This document shows, one piece after another, positions 52,486 to 64,000 of a DNA stretch of 64,000 nt. This stretch comes from Octopus sinensis (Eukaryota). A program made the translations under genes and the position numbers. Within the stretch, counting starts at the first letter, position 1. Each line of letters opens with the position of its first letter. Below the pieces are notes generated by a model. That model was not told where the DNA came from. It did no database searches and saw nothing but the letters and a program-made list of their open reading frames with translations. The stretch lies in the NCBI RefSeq assembly GCF_006345805.1, contig NW_021836137.1, forward strand, positions 136,884 through 200,883. The letters run 5' to 3'.

Positions 52486-54618
52486 TATGAAATGAGAGAG
52501 GGTCATCCAGTGGTTGCTAGTTCTAGATCACTGATATCCTGACTCTTGCTTCTGTCATTTACACTAATGCAATAACGAATGACAATTAGTTTCTTTCTCC
52601 ATGATAAATTTCATTAATGTAGTCTCCAGTGCTACATCAATGCAATGTCCTCTTGATTGTTACCAGTTATGAGGGTATCATCTACATATCTTACTTTGGT
52701 TACAAGTTTACGTGTTGTACTTTCTGCAACTAAGTTTTTGAATTAGCCTATGTAACCATGTTAACCATTAAAGGTGGAAATGGTGAACCTAAAGCCATCC
52801 CTTCTTAATGTTCATAAATTTGAATTTTGACTCAGGTGTTAGCTAGTTTTAATTACAGTGTTATTATTTGCATGATGTTATCACATGGTATTTTCATGCA
52901 GTTTGGCAAAATTTGTTCAGAGAAAATACCGTGTCATATTTAGTCAATGCTCTTTACATTTTGAATTCAAATTCCACTAAGACCAACTTTGCCTTTCAAC
53001 TTTCCAAGGGTGATGAAATAAAGCACCTATCAAGTTCTGGCTTGACATAATCAACTAAGCCCTCCTCTCAAATTTCTGGATTTGTATCTCTATAAGAAAT
53101 CCCTTGTGGGTATTTAAAGAGTCTTTCTAGCCAGGCAGTGCCTTGTTTCTTGAAACCATTGTAAATAGGTTCATCACATCAAGGCTAACCATTTGACAGG
53201 ACATGACTGACCGGTGATCAACTAATTCTACAAAGTGTGCTGAATATTTCTACTATGAAGAATTTCTGTTCATGAGAGAGGTAGTAGACAGCATATAGCT
53301 CAGCAAAAGACATATTAAGTCTCAACACTAGTAACAGGCCTTTAAGTTACCATAGGTTTATGTATTTGGTGAAACTCACGTATGTGGTACTTTGGATAGA
53401 CTGTTTGTATTAAATCAGTAATTTGTGCTAATTTGAAGCCTGTTTCTGGGTTTAGATGACTGATGTAGTACTGTAGTTGAGCAACATTGTGTGATATTAG
53501 TCCTTACTGTTAAATAATATGAAAGATCATTATCAAAATTACTACCATCTTTTTTATTATAAATACATTTCTGTATAAAAAAAAGGTTGTGTACATGAAA
53601 AGGGGTGTGGGGAGATTGTGTAAGTACATATTGCAACAAGATAAATACAAGGCAGTATTGTGGTACTCCAATTGAAGAATTGCATATTCTGGATATTTTA
53701 TGTCATTTTTTAAAGATGTGTTATGTAATTTTGTGAAGGAAGTTTCTTTGTTTCCTAGAACTTAAAACAGAAGACATCTTGAGAAAGTTATATTTTAAAG
53801 AATATGATTCTGTTATATGACTTGCATTTTATGTTTTGAACATGCTCTATTATTCAAGGATGCTTCTTGTAATTTGTGACACCAGTTTATAACATCACTT
53901 TTTTTTTCAGACATAGTACATCTAGAAAAACTTCAACTTCTAAAAGGGTACAATGATCTGATCGTGATTTGGTAGCTATTTCTAAGAGGTTAAACAACCA
54001 GGTAGAGGGCTCTTTGTTTCTTGTCATCTTAGGTATATTGTGAATGTGTCCTTGATAAGTGGCCACCAGAAGAACAATAAATATTGATAACTTTATGTTG
54101 GAAAGAATTTTAAATAGAAGTAACATGACAAATGAAAATATAAAAATATAAATATTTATCTGAATAAGTCTTTAAGATGCATTGTTTTAAATTAAATATT
54201 TGAAAAGGTCTGGTGTATTGTATTTTACCAATTACAATCCAAAAACAAAATAAAAGTTTACAATACTATTTGTTCTATTAATTTCAGATTCTGGTTAGAA
54301 TAAATTAAATGCATAAATTGATTAATATAGAATTATGGAGAAATAAGGAAATAGCATTTACACAGTGATACAAAAATCAGTAAAAATAAGAGAGGAAAAT
54401 AGCAGTCTGTAATTTTGATTATTACATCAGAGTGTAAAATACTTGTTAGTCTAATTCAGAAAAATAAATGGAAAGAAGAAATTTTGGTCATTACAAATTT
54501 CAACAAAGAAGAGCTTAATTATAAATGGAAATTAGTGACAAATGAATATTATTTGTTCTGAAAATCAATGCTGAAAATGGGTGGGATTAAAATATGGCTC
54601 CACCCCATTTTGTTTTAT

Positions 54619-54619
<1 letters not shown>

Positions 54620-54665
<46 letters not shown>

Positions 54666-55330
54666 AGTATTTTACTCTAAGCATAAAACAATTTTAGGTA
54701 AGGTTATAGACTATTTCAGACAATTTTTCAGACTATTTTATGCTTTGAAAGATACTCTTTGAACTTCTGATGGGTTTAGATACTGATTTAATGGGTGTTA
54801 TGGAATTATCAGACTGTGCAAAACAGATTTGGCCAATCCTCTATGAAAACTTTTTCTTTCATAGTGAAAAGGAGAAGAAAAAAAAGATAGATGTAAAGAT
54901 AAAAAGAAAAGAGAGTGGCAACAAAGACATGAGTACAAGAATGAGAGAAAAAAATAGAAGAAGCAAAAGGACTGAGAGAAGAAAGGAAAGAACAAATAAG
55001 AGAAATGAGAGAGAGAGAGAGAGGGGGAGAGAGAGAGAGCAAAAGAGATATAGAGAAGGAGGAATAGATTAAATAACTGAACAAGAGATAGACTGAATGA
55101 GAGATAGAAATGATGAGGAAAGACAGAAAGTGAGAAACTAATAGACACAAGACTGATAAATAAAAGAAAGTGAGAAGGTGTGGAGTGAAATTATTGATGA
55201 TAATGATAAGAGTAAGATACATGTATTAATGTATTAAGAGATGAAAAGTCTGAGAGATTGTGGAAAATAAGACACAAAAATCGTGTTTGAGAGAAAGATG
55301 AAAGAAAAGTGAAGAATGAAAGAAAAGTGA
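54620..55330. repeat. (CT)n microsatellite and GA-rich tract
   Basis: directly visible. Confidence 0.85.
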
Positions 55331-55518
55331 ATGAAAGAACTGGGTACAAAGCGCAAAAACTGAAATATAAAAATGAGAATATGAAAAGCATATACGTATT
55401 ATTGTTAATATATTATTACAACTTATAAATTATAATTCGATACTGTTCATTATCATTATATATATGGCATTATTATTACAGCACTGACGCAATAATCTAC
55501 AGCAGGATACCCATCTTA

Positions 55519-56592
55519 TCGGGTTATCCCATAAATAATGCGTTTTTTTTTTATACTCCTTTTATTTTTCAGAATTAAAATAAACAAAGTTCTTTTCTAA
55601 TCTAAAATATACTCTCCTTCATTTTCTACAATGTTCTTCCATCTATCTGGTAGACTTGAAAGGCCCCTATTCCAAAATTCATTTGTCTGTGACGAAAAAT
55701 ACTCTCGAAACCAAAGATGGTTGTTTTTCTTCTAGTGCTCATTCAAACTGCTCATGCTGCTCACAGTGGATCTCCTTTGCTATTGTTTGGTATGGGTTTA
55801 AAAGTTAATAGTGGACTAAACCTCTCATATACTACCAAACAGATAACAACACCTTATGTAGGTGAAGACCTTTATCCTGTAGTATCAGTGTTTCTCCTTT
55901 CCCTACCCATTGTCTTCAGTGCTTGACAGTTTTATAGCGAACCCATTTCTCATCACCAGTCACTATTCAGTCCAAAAAAAGGTTCATTCATGAGACATGA
56001 CAGACAGCAAAGAAGAACACTTATTTACTCTTTGCATGCAAATAGACTAGGAAAGTTTAAGAGGAACCCACTGACCCAATTTGCTGACTTTTCTGATGGC
56101 ATGCGGGTGTCAATGAATAGTTGAATGACCAGATCCAAACATCTCTGTTTGTTCCTCAACAGTTAAAATGTGATTTTGTTCCACCAGGGTTTGCAGGATG
56201 TCTCTGTTGAGCACTACAGCTCTTCCAGAAAAAGGCATGTCTTCTGGGCTGTAGTTTCCAGCTTGGAATTTCTGGAACCACCTTTGACACTGGCTTACAT
56301 ATACAATCCCCGTATACTGCTTTAATATTTCTCATACTTTCCATTGCGCTGTTGCCTTTATTGAACTCATAAAGCAAAATATGCCAAATATGCTTTGCCA
56401 CTTCCATTATATCTTTGAAAAAATAGCTGTTAAAGTTGAAACAGCACTCTTCAAAACTTGCAGTAAGAATAGGGACAAGATAAAATTACTACCTGCTTTT
56501 ATAGCAAGTTGATGCTGGTAGTTTATCTTGTCCCCCTCCAACTTTTAGTTCATGCAATTGAAAAGAAACACATTATTTATGAAATGATCCAA
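55519..56592 (-). mobile_element. decayed mariner-family transposon (second family), internally deleted
   Basis: 27-bp imperfect TIRs with TA flanks; MEVAKHIWHILLYEFNKGNSA.., VTGDEKWV.Y.., C-terminus EYFSSQTNEFWNRGLSSLPDRWKNIVENEGEYILD*. Confidence 0.92.
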
Positions 56593-56729
56593 TACTTATT
56601 TCCTAAACTACTTTATTTCTCAGCTCTTTGCTTATTGAAAAACTGTACTGTGAGATATATTGTTTATTCAGAACATAAACATCACCATTGGCTTAGGAAA
56701 TGACAGTATGAAGACACATGGAGACAAAT

Positions 56730-56890
56730 ACATACACACACAACAGGTTTCCATACAGTTTTCATCACAAGCGACAGGGCATTATCCAACCCATTGCCAT
56801 AGCAGGAGACACTTCACCAAGGTACAACATAGTGAGATCAAACTGAAACCCCGCAGTTACAAAGTGAGCTTGTAAAGCTTCATAACTACA
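56730..56890 (-). mobile_element. decayed SINE
   Basis: ACACAACAGGTTTCC..GACACTTCACCAAGGTAC..CTACATAGC. Confidence 0.55.
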
Positions 56891-57709
56891 TAGCATTGCA
56901 AATACATGTCGTTTTGAAAATATTCATATCATTTATGTCTTCTATACTTGGTCAGTAAGCTGTACAAATTCTCATAATGTTTTGTTTGGTATGGAAAGAG
57001 CACAGATGGTGATAATGTTTTAAGCTGCTGAAAGCCCTTTTATTGAAGACACATCAAACATGCAAAAGTAAATTTATGTTCAACTCATTTCCTAGCATAT
57101 TGTCTCAGTATTTCAGTGCCAACAAATAAACTGCCAATATGCAAATAACCATAAACTAATGCACGTTGTTCATTGCATTTTTCATGAGTTGTTGTAAACC
57201 TCTCTCTATCTCTCTCTCTTCCTCAAATATATAAATTCACTTGACAAGCCAGTAATGACCAGGCAAATCTAGTCAAACTGTTCTTGGGTCCATCTTGCAC
57301 AGAGTCAGTCATTTAATATTAAGATTTATTTACACAGTGATACTAAATGTATGTTTATTAAACAAATACAAGTAAATATATTATCTCTGTGTGTATGTGT
57401 TTGTCTCAGGATGTCTTCATGTTGGCAATGCTTGACCACCAGTAACATTTGTTAATACTTGTAAAAAATATCCGATAGCTCAGTTTTATTGTTTTTTTAC
57501 ACAAAAAGTAAAGATACCTAACTTGGAAGTGTACAAAGTTATTGAATAGTGCCTAAGTTTTATCTAACCTTTGCCAGTATAGAAAAAGAGGACATTAAAA
57601 TGAAGAGAAGAACACTACATGTATATGCATATATGTAGTCATATAACAAAATCACTCTTGCTAAACTATAAAATAGGCCTTATTACAACATTATAGCAAG
57701 TTTTCAAGG

Positions 57710-57960
57710 GTGGTGAGCTGGCAAAATTGTTAGCATGCTGGACGAAATGTTTAGTGGTATTTCGCTCATCAGTCTGTCCTTGTTTGTCCCCTTTGTGTTT
57801 GGCCCCTTGTGGGTAATAAAGAAATAGGTATTTCGCTCATCACTATGTTCTGAGTTCAAATTTCACTGAGGTTGACTTTGCCTTTCATCCTTTCAGTGTC
57901 AATAATCGATTATCCTCTCCCCCAAATTTCAGGCCTTGCATCTATAGTAGAATGGATTAT
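57710..57960 (+). mobile_element. Nin/Deu-like SINE carrying a nested 55-bp insertion
   Basis: GGTGAGCTGGCAAAATTGTTAGC..GTTCAAATTTCACTGAGGTTGACTTTGCCTTTCATCCTTTC; 16-bp direct repeat at 57756-57771 and 57827-57842. Confidence 0.75.
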
Positions 57961-59249
57961 ACCAAGTTTTCAATTAAGCAATCTTTTTTATTATATCATG
58001 TATTCTGCATACTCTACACTGAATTATGGATTTGCCACATATCATTGTGAAACATTCTGTCTTGTGGATTTTACAATTCACTTGCATTCCCAAATTTGCA
58101 ATTTTTAGCCTTCCTAATTATTATTTGACAACATCAATTCCATCATATTGAAAGTAATGGTATATAACATTTATGAAGATGTTTTGTTCCTTCAGGTTGC
58201 CTTCTCAGATACATGACTCTTAAACTCCAAGATTTGACATGATGCTTCTTGTTATAAGAATGCAGTGTTATTGTTATGTCATCATTATTATTACATAAGT
58301 GAACAACCACCATCTTCCACATTCCTAACATTTCAACTACTAAAGTGATAATACCAGAATAAACAAACAACTATAATACACACACATCACTTCAATAAAC
58401 CCATAAACATCACAATAATTCTTATTTTATCACATTAGGATGCTTTTATTTTCTTTTGAATTTGTTCTTTTCTATATTTCCATATTGCTTTCTATTCTTG
58501 CAGAATATAATAGCACTGAAATATTGCCAGTTTTGTCAATTATTTGATCAAAATATAGGCTTCTTCAGCATTAAGGACAGAAATACGTAGCAATACAATA
58601 GTAAAAGCAGAAATTTCCAATGTATGATTAAATATTCTTCTCATTGACAGACAAATTGATTGAAGGCCATGCAACTGGGCAAAAGTTACAGGAATAACTG
58701 ATTGCTTATAGTAATGGCAACAGCTTGAAAAGTATCCAGAAAGACAGATAGAAGCTATAATGAAATCACGTCTTGCACAAAAAGAATCAGAAGCTATATA
58801 TCTGACAAGACATAAAGCTAAGTAGATTGATCGGTGTACTTAATATTACATAATCCTTATTGACAAGAAAAGGGGTTATCGATTGGTGTTGACCATTTCT
58901 TCCGCTGCGTTAGAGCCCAATCAAATTTTATGCTAGTCTCGTTTCACAGGACACAACAGAGATAAAGAAGACAAGAGAAAATTACATAGGTGAGAGAAAG
59001 GAAAGGAATGATTAGGGGATAGAATTATGTTAATTAATAATACTTGAGTCCAAATTCAAGAAATGGCTATAGATTGACTACTTAATCCATTGATTTATAA
59101 ACACAGCCAGCCAAACAAGTCAGAATACGAGAAAATGGAAACAAATTTAAAGAATTATAGAAGTGTATTCACAAACATACATGATGTATGTGTGAGTAGT
59201 GTATATATATATATATATATTCATATGTATGTGTGAGTAGTGTATATAT

Positions 59250-59658
59250 AGGAGTGGCTGTGTGGTAAGTAGCTTGCTTACCAACCACATGGTTCCGGGT
59301 TCAGTCCCACTGCGTGGCACCTTGGGCAAGTGTCTTCTACTATAGCCTCAGGCCGACCAATTCCTTGTGAGTGGATTTGGTAGACGGAAACTGAAAGAAG
59401 CCCGTCGTATATATGTATATATATATGTGTGTGTGTATGTTTGTGTGTCTGTGTTTGTCCCCCTAGCATTGTTTGACAACCGATGCTGGTGTGTTTATGT
59501 CCCCGTTACTTAGCGGTTCGGCAAAAGAGAACGATAGAATAAGTACTGGGCTTACAAAAGAATAAGTCCCAGGGTCGAGTTGCTCGATTAAAGGCGGTGC
59601 TCCAGCATGGCCGCAGTCAAAATGACTGAAACAAGGAAAAAGAAAAAAGAAAGAATAA
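59250..59658 (+). mobile_element. young near-full-length tRNA-derived SINE with internal (TA)/(TG) tract
   Basis: GGAGTGGCTGTGTGGTAAG (A box-like), GGTTCAGTCCC (B box-like), CpGs retained, A-rich tail. Confidence 0.92.
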
Positions 59659-59785
59659 ATATATATATATATTCATATGTATATGTGAGTAGTGTATATA
59701 TATATATATATATTCATATGTATGTGTGAGTAGTGTATATATATATATATATATTCATATGTATGTGTGAGTAGTGTATATATAT
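59659..59785. repeat. minisatellite of about 35 bp (ATATATATATTCATATGTATGTGTGAGTAGTGT)
   Basis: 3-4 copies here and 2 copies at about 59183-59249, left of the SINE. Confidence 0.9.
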
Positions 59786-62319
59786 TCACACAAACTGGAT
59801 TATACACACACACACACACACACACAAGAATATAAGTGTAAAACAAAGGGTAAAAACAGTATTCAGTTACCAAAGGTAGAGTACAAAAGTATTTTATTGA
59901 AGCTGAAAAGACGTCACAATCTGTTACTCAGAGGTTCACATGACCGATTTCAGACAGTCAAGTGTATTTAGAACAATGAAATGCTTTATAAATATTCCTG
60001 AATATTCATAATTACTAAGTAAACATTTAAAACTGACTGAGCAGGGAAAGTTGCTTTTTGAAATAATGGGAATACAGAAAATGAGAAAGACATTATCGGA
60101 TATAAAATGTAACTAGTGATAAAATATTAGGAATTAAAATGGAAATTAAAATCAAAAATTATTTAAAGGAATCAAGAGAAAATGAGAACCACAAAATAGA
60201 TGAAAAATAATAAGCTTATTAAATTGTGGTCATGGATGAAAATGGAAGAGAAACACATCAAAGATATGGAGAAAGAGAATGAGAAGAAATATAAAAGAAA
60301 ACGCTGAAATTAAGAGATACATACAAGTATCCGTTACATTAATGTATCATGTAACCAACACAGGCAACATCACTCTAACGTTGAATGTTACAATAGACAC
60401 AAATAAACCTACAGTCTCCAATACACAGCCAACCAACAACTGCTCAATGGGAGGAGCCTAGCTCTCAAGTGGTGTGGTCCTATAGAGCCACTCTCATTCC
60501 ATCTGATGGCATAACGCAAACGTGAGAGCTAATAACTTCAAGGGAAGGTATACACAGTATATGCACTCTTTCAAGTGCAAGAATAGGGAAAATATCTAAA
60601 ACCTATCTGTCCTGTTTTATATGGAGGTTCTATGATCACTGGAATGACTTCCCCAACATTGAATAGACTATCATTGAAGGCGCCCTTCCATACTCACCTA
60701 AAGCATGCAAATGCCAATTGTGTATGCATAACTGTTGGAGGGTGGGATCTATTTATATTTGTGTCACTTTGTCTCGACATCGAAATGAGCATGAAATGAA
60801 ATGTTACAAGTAAGCATTGGCAACAAGAGTAGATTCAACATAAAAATCTGCTTCAAGAAAGACCCACACAAGCATAGAAAAGTTGATGCTAAAATAAGAA
60901 GTAGGAGGATATATATATTATTCAAAGTGTACAGTATTATATATCCATTATGGCCGAAATCACCAATCAGTTTTGCACTAGGGGTTCAATGGAGTGTTAG
61001 GTAACAGTCCAATTATGTAACCCTGTGCTCATCAGAGGTAGCCATTATAGAATGAAATGGAGGTGCATGAACACATATGTGAAAAAAATGATGAAACAAT
61101 TCAAGCAGGTGATTGAGTTAAGAGTTATGTCCCTTGGTACCAAAACCTCATTGTTGTAAGCCAGCAAGAGTTTTCTGAAAAGTGTTTGTGGGAAATGTGT
61201 GCGCCTTCAAGGTTGATGTTCTTGTGGAAATGGAGTGTGTGCAATGGTACTATATGTACAGCCTTTGTGGGGAGGGGGAGATACACTTCTGTGTTTGTTA
61301 GTGTTTCCTTTCCTTTATGTATTGGTTAAATTCGTGGGGCATTTATGTGTGCATTTGGTGTGTGTGTGTGTGTGTAGGGGTACAATATATATACAGTATG
61401 TGCATGTGTATGAATATATATATTCATTCGTGTTCACACATACACACACATATGATTATGAGTGTTTGTTAATCTAAATGAAACAGCAAAGAAGACTTCA
61501 ATAATTATTCACAGAAACACGTTTGACACTGATGAATCAGAAAGAGGGAAATGAAAAAAAAAGAAAACAACTGAATCAATTTTCCTCAGAGAGAAATATT
61601 TTCAGCAAAAGCAAATCATCCTGACATTAGATTACGTAGTTAAAACATCAATTTGAAAGCATTATAAAACCTTTCAGGGCAACTATAAACAAGAAATAAC
61701 AAATATTAATACAATAAAGAAGGAATATAGCAAATGATAAAGGAATATTTAAAATATCCTTCAAGTCCAAAACCTTTAATGTAACAGACAGAAACATTTT
61801 CAAGTTTCATAATTTTTCTGTCTATAATATTAAATGAATCATATATCTGTCGTAAAACGATGCTTTAAATTCTTCGATAAGAAAAATGATGCATCATCAA
61901 TTAGAGTTTAAGATACATAGTTTAAGACTGCAAGATAAGAGATTGTCTAAAATATGTCACAGGGAGTGCAGTATAGACCTCAGTAAAGGAGGTTATTCAT
62001 CGTCTAAACTAAAACACTGGCACCTAACCTATAAAAAAACTGAGTAGTCCTATAATATGTTTCACAAAACATTTTGCAATATAGAAGTTCAACATTTTCC
62101 TAAATTTCTGTGGTACTGACCTCTATATCCTTTAGAAATCAGTAAAAGATAAACAAGAATAAATTAAGAATTTGATGAAAACTATAAACAAAATGAAATT
62201 TATTTTGAAAAGTCTATTATGCACATATGATGATATATGTATCAAGTAAAAACATTGCTCTTCATATTTAGCATATTTAGTACTTCGTATGATTTTCTGA
62301 ACACATATATATAACAAGT

Positions 62320-62479
62320 GTAGGATGTGTAGTTAAGAAACTCTCTGCACACTTAGATGGTTTGGAGTTCAGTTCAGTTCAACTTTGCAGTACCTCGGGC
62401 AGATGTCTTCTACTATAGCTACTGGCTTTCTGGGTGAAATTGCTTGATAGAAACTGCAAAACTTTCCTTTTACACATAA

Positions 62480-62515
<36 letters not shown>

Positions 62516-62760
62516 GCATGCGTACATTTCTTGACATCAGATGCTAACTGTACTGTACGTAGGCTTCACTATCATATGATTGGCACTGTTTGTCTGAAAT
62601 CTTCAATAAAAACGTGTTCTGACTAGGAGAAAGAAGGGAGTGAGGGCAAGAGGAAAAGCATCTGATCACCAAATTTCAGTGTCAATGGATACCTTTTGAT
62701 CCATGCAAGCATGGGAAAGTTGATATTAAGACAATGAATGATGATGAATAATAATAGGTA
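62320..62760 (+). mobile_element. decayed SINE
   Basis: GGATGTGTAGTTAAGAAAC..ACCTCGGGCAGATGTCTTCTACTATAGC; (TG)n; tail GATGATGAAT. Confidence 0.65.
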
Positions 62761-62806
62761 ATCTAAAGCTGCTTTATTATATATTTTGAAAACTTGGAGT
62801 TTAGTA

Positions 62807-64000
62807 CGCGGGGTATCAAATAAATTCCCAGACTAGTTCTGTAGCATACCAAGAGATAGCAGCATACAGTTACTTGCACAGTGAGAGCTAGCAGTGTCAT
62901 TCATGAAGCAGTATGCCAAGTGACATAACTGTGTTTACTTTGCAAGTTGTGAAATTTGTGTTTTTGTGATCACGTGTATGCTATAATCTGTGATTTTGTC
63001 ATGGATAGTAAGTTAGAACAAAGAACCAATGAGAAATTTGCCTTAAACTTGGAAAGTCTGCTACAGAGGCATTGAGCATGCTTTGGTAAGCTTATAGTGA
63101 AGAGGCAATGGATCATATGCAATGTTTCAAGTGGCACAGATACTTAAAAAACAGAAGAATGTCCCTGGAAGACAATGAGCAATCTGGAAGACCTTCCATG
63201 AGTGCCACCTCTGGAAAAACTTGTGTGTGAGGATCATTAGAGGACAATTATTGACACTGCTGATGTTGTTGGTCTGTTGAATGGGTCTGTGCAGGCAATC
63301 CTAGCATTTAAATTGAATGTACAGTATGTGTCTGCCAAGTTTGCCCTCCACCTCTTGACCACTGAGCAGAAAGAACATTGCGTCGAAGTCTGTCAAGAAC
63401 TCCATCTGTGTGCCGCCAAAAACTCATCCTTCATATCGAGAATCATCACCTGTGATGAGAGTTGGGTCTATAGGTATGAGCCTGAGATGAAGCAGCAGTC
63501 ATCACAATCAAAGAACCCTTCATCCCCTATGACCAAAGAAGGCATAACAAGCTGCAGCTCAGTCAAGAGCATGCACATTCTTTTTATTTGACGTCTACAG
63601 CATTGTATATCAAGAATTCATTCCCCAGGGCCAGGCCTCAATCGCGAGTTCTATTGCAATATTTTGAAATGTTTGAGGAAGGACATTCAACAAAAGCAAC
63701 CAGATCTGTAAAGTGCGAAGAACTGGATTCTTCACAACAACAATGCACCCTGCCCTCAAGCTCTTCTTACTTGTGAGTTTCTCACTAAAAACAACATGGT
63801 ATTGCTTCTGCACCTACTATTTTTGCAAGAATTAGCACCTGCAGACTTCCATCTCTTACCCAAGATGAAAATGCAGCTTAAAAGTCACCATTGTATAGAT
63901 CCAGAGTGAATTGTAGAAGGGCCTCGACTTGCTTACAGGAAACAACTACCAGGCCAGATTCCAAAAGTGGCAGCAATGTGAGAACTGTTGTATTGCTGTG
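62807..64000 (+). mobile_element. decayed mariner-family transposon (same family as 1503-2364), cut by the window end
   Basis: TA plus TIR CGCGGGGTATCAAATAAATTCCCAGACTA; MDSKLEQR start at 63001; IITCDESWVYRYEPEMKQQSSQ; HNNNAP; LAPADFHLLPKMKMQLK; frameshifts and stops. Confidence 0.93.

Noticed and set aside
55685-55712. CTGTGACGA..CTCGAAACC resembles the 6542 motif
   Set aside because: It is the antisense of mariner transposase coding sequence (WFREYFSSQT).
57757-57772. Minus strand CTGATGAGCGAAA looks like a hammerhead core
   Set aside because: Stem II has no loop and no stem I partner exists; the sequence arises from the SINE/TSD junction.
60690-60702. ATACTCACCT resembles the U1 snRNA 5' end
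   Set aside because: No U1 sequence or stem-loops follow; it is better explained as the complement of a splice donor.

Overview
AT-rich, repeat-dense metazoan genomic DNA. The repeat families resemble those of octopus/coleoid cephalopods; this is an inference from remembered consensus motifs, not a search result. There is no long intact ORF and no host gene I can name. Supported content: three decayed mariner-family transposons, two non-autonomous Helitrons, a Tigger-like MITE, a degenerate hAT-like MITE, many fragments of RTE-clade and CR1/L2-like LINEs, several tRNA-derived SINE families (two young copies with intact A/B boxes), a Penelope-like terminal-repeat fragment, and many microsatellites. 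Short exon candidates occur on both strands; the best phase-consistent chain is on the minus strand, and all are low confidence. The observations most worth testing are a minimal hammerhead-ribozyme-like fold at 6536-6575, a textbook recursive-splice-site motif at 29966-29994 with weaker siblings on the same strand, and several long fold-back palindromes and inverted repeat pairs that could form dsRNA.
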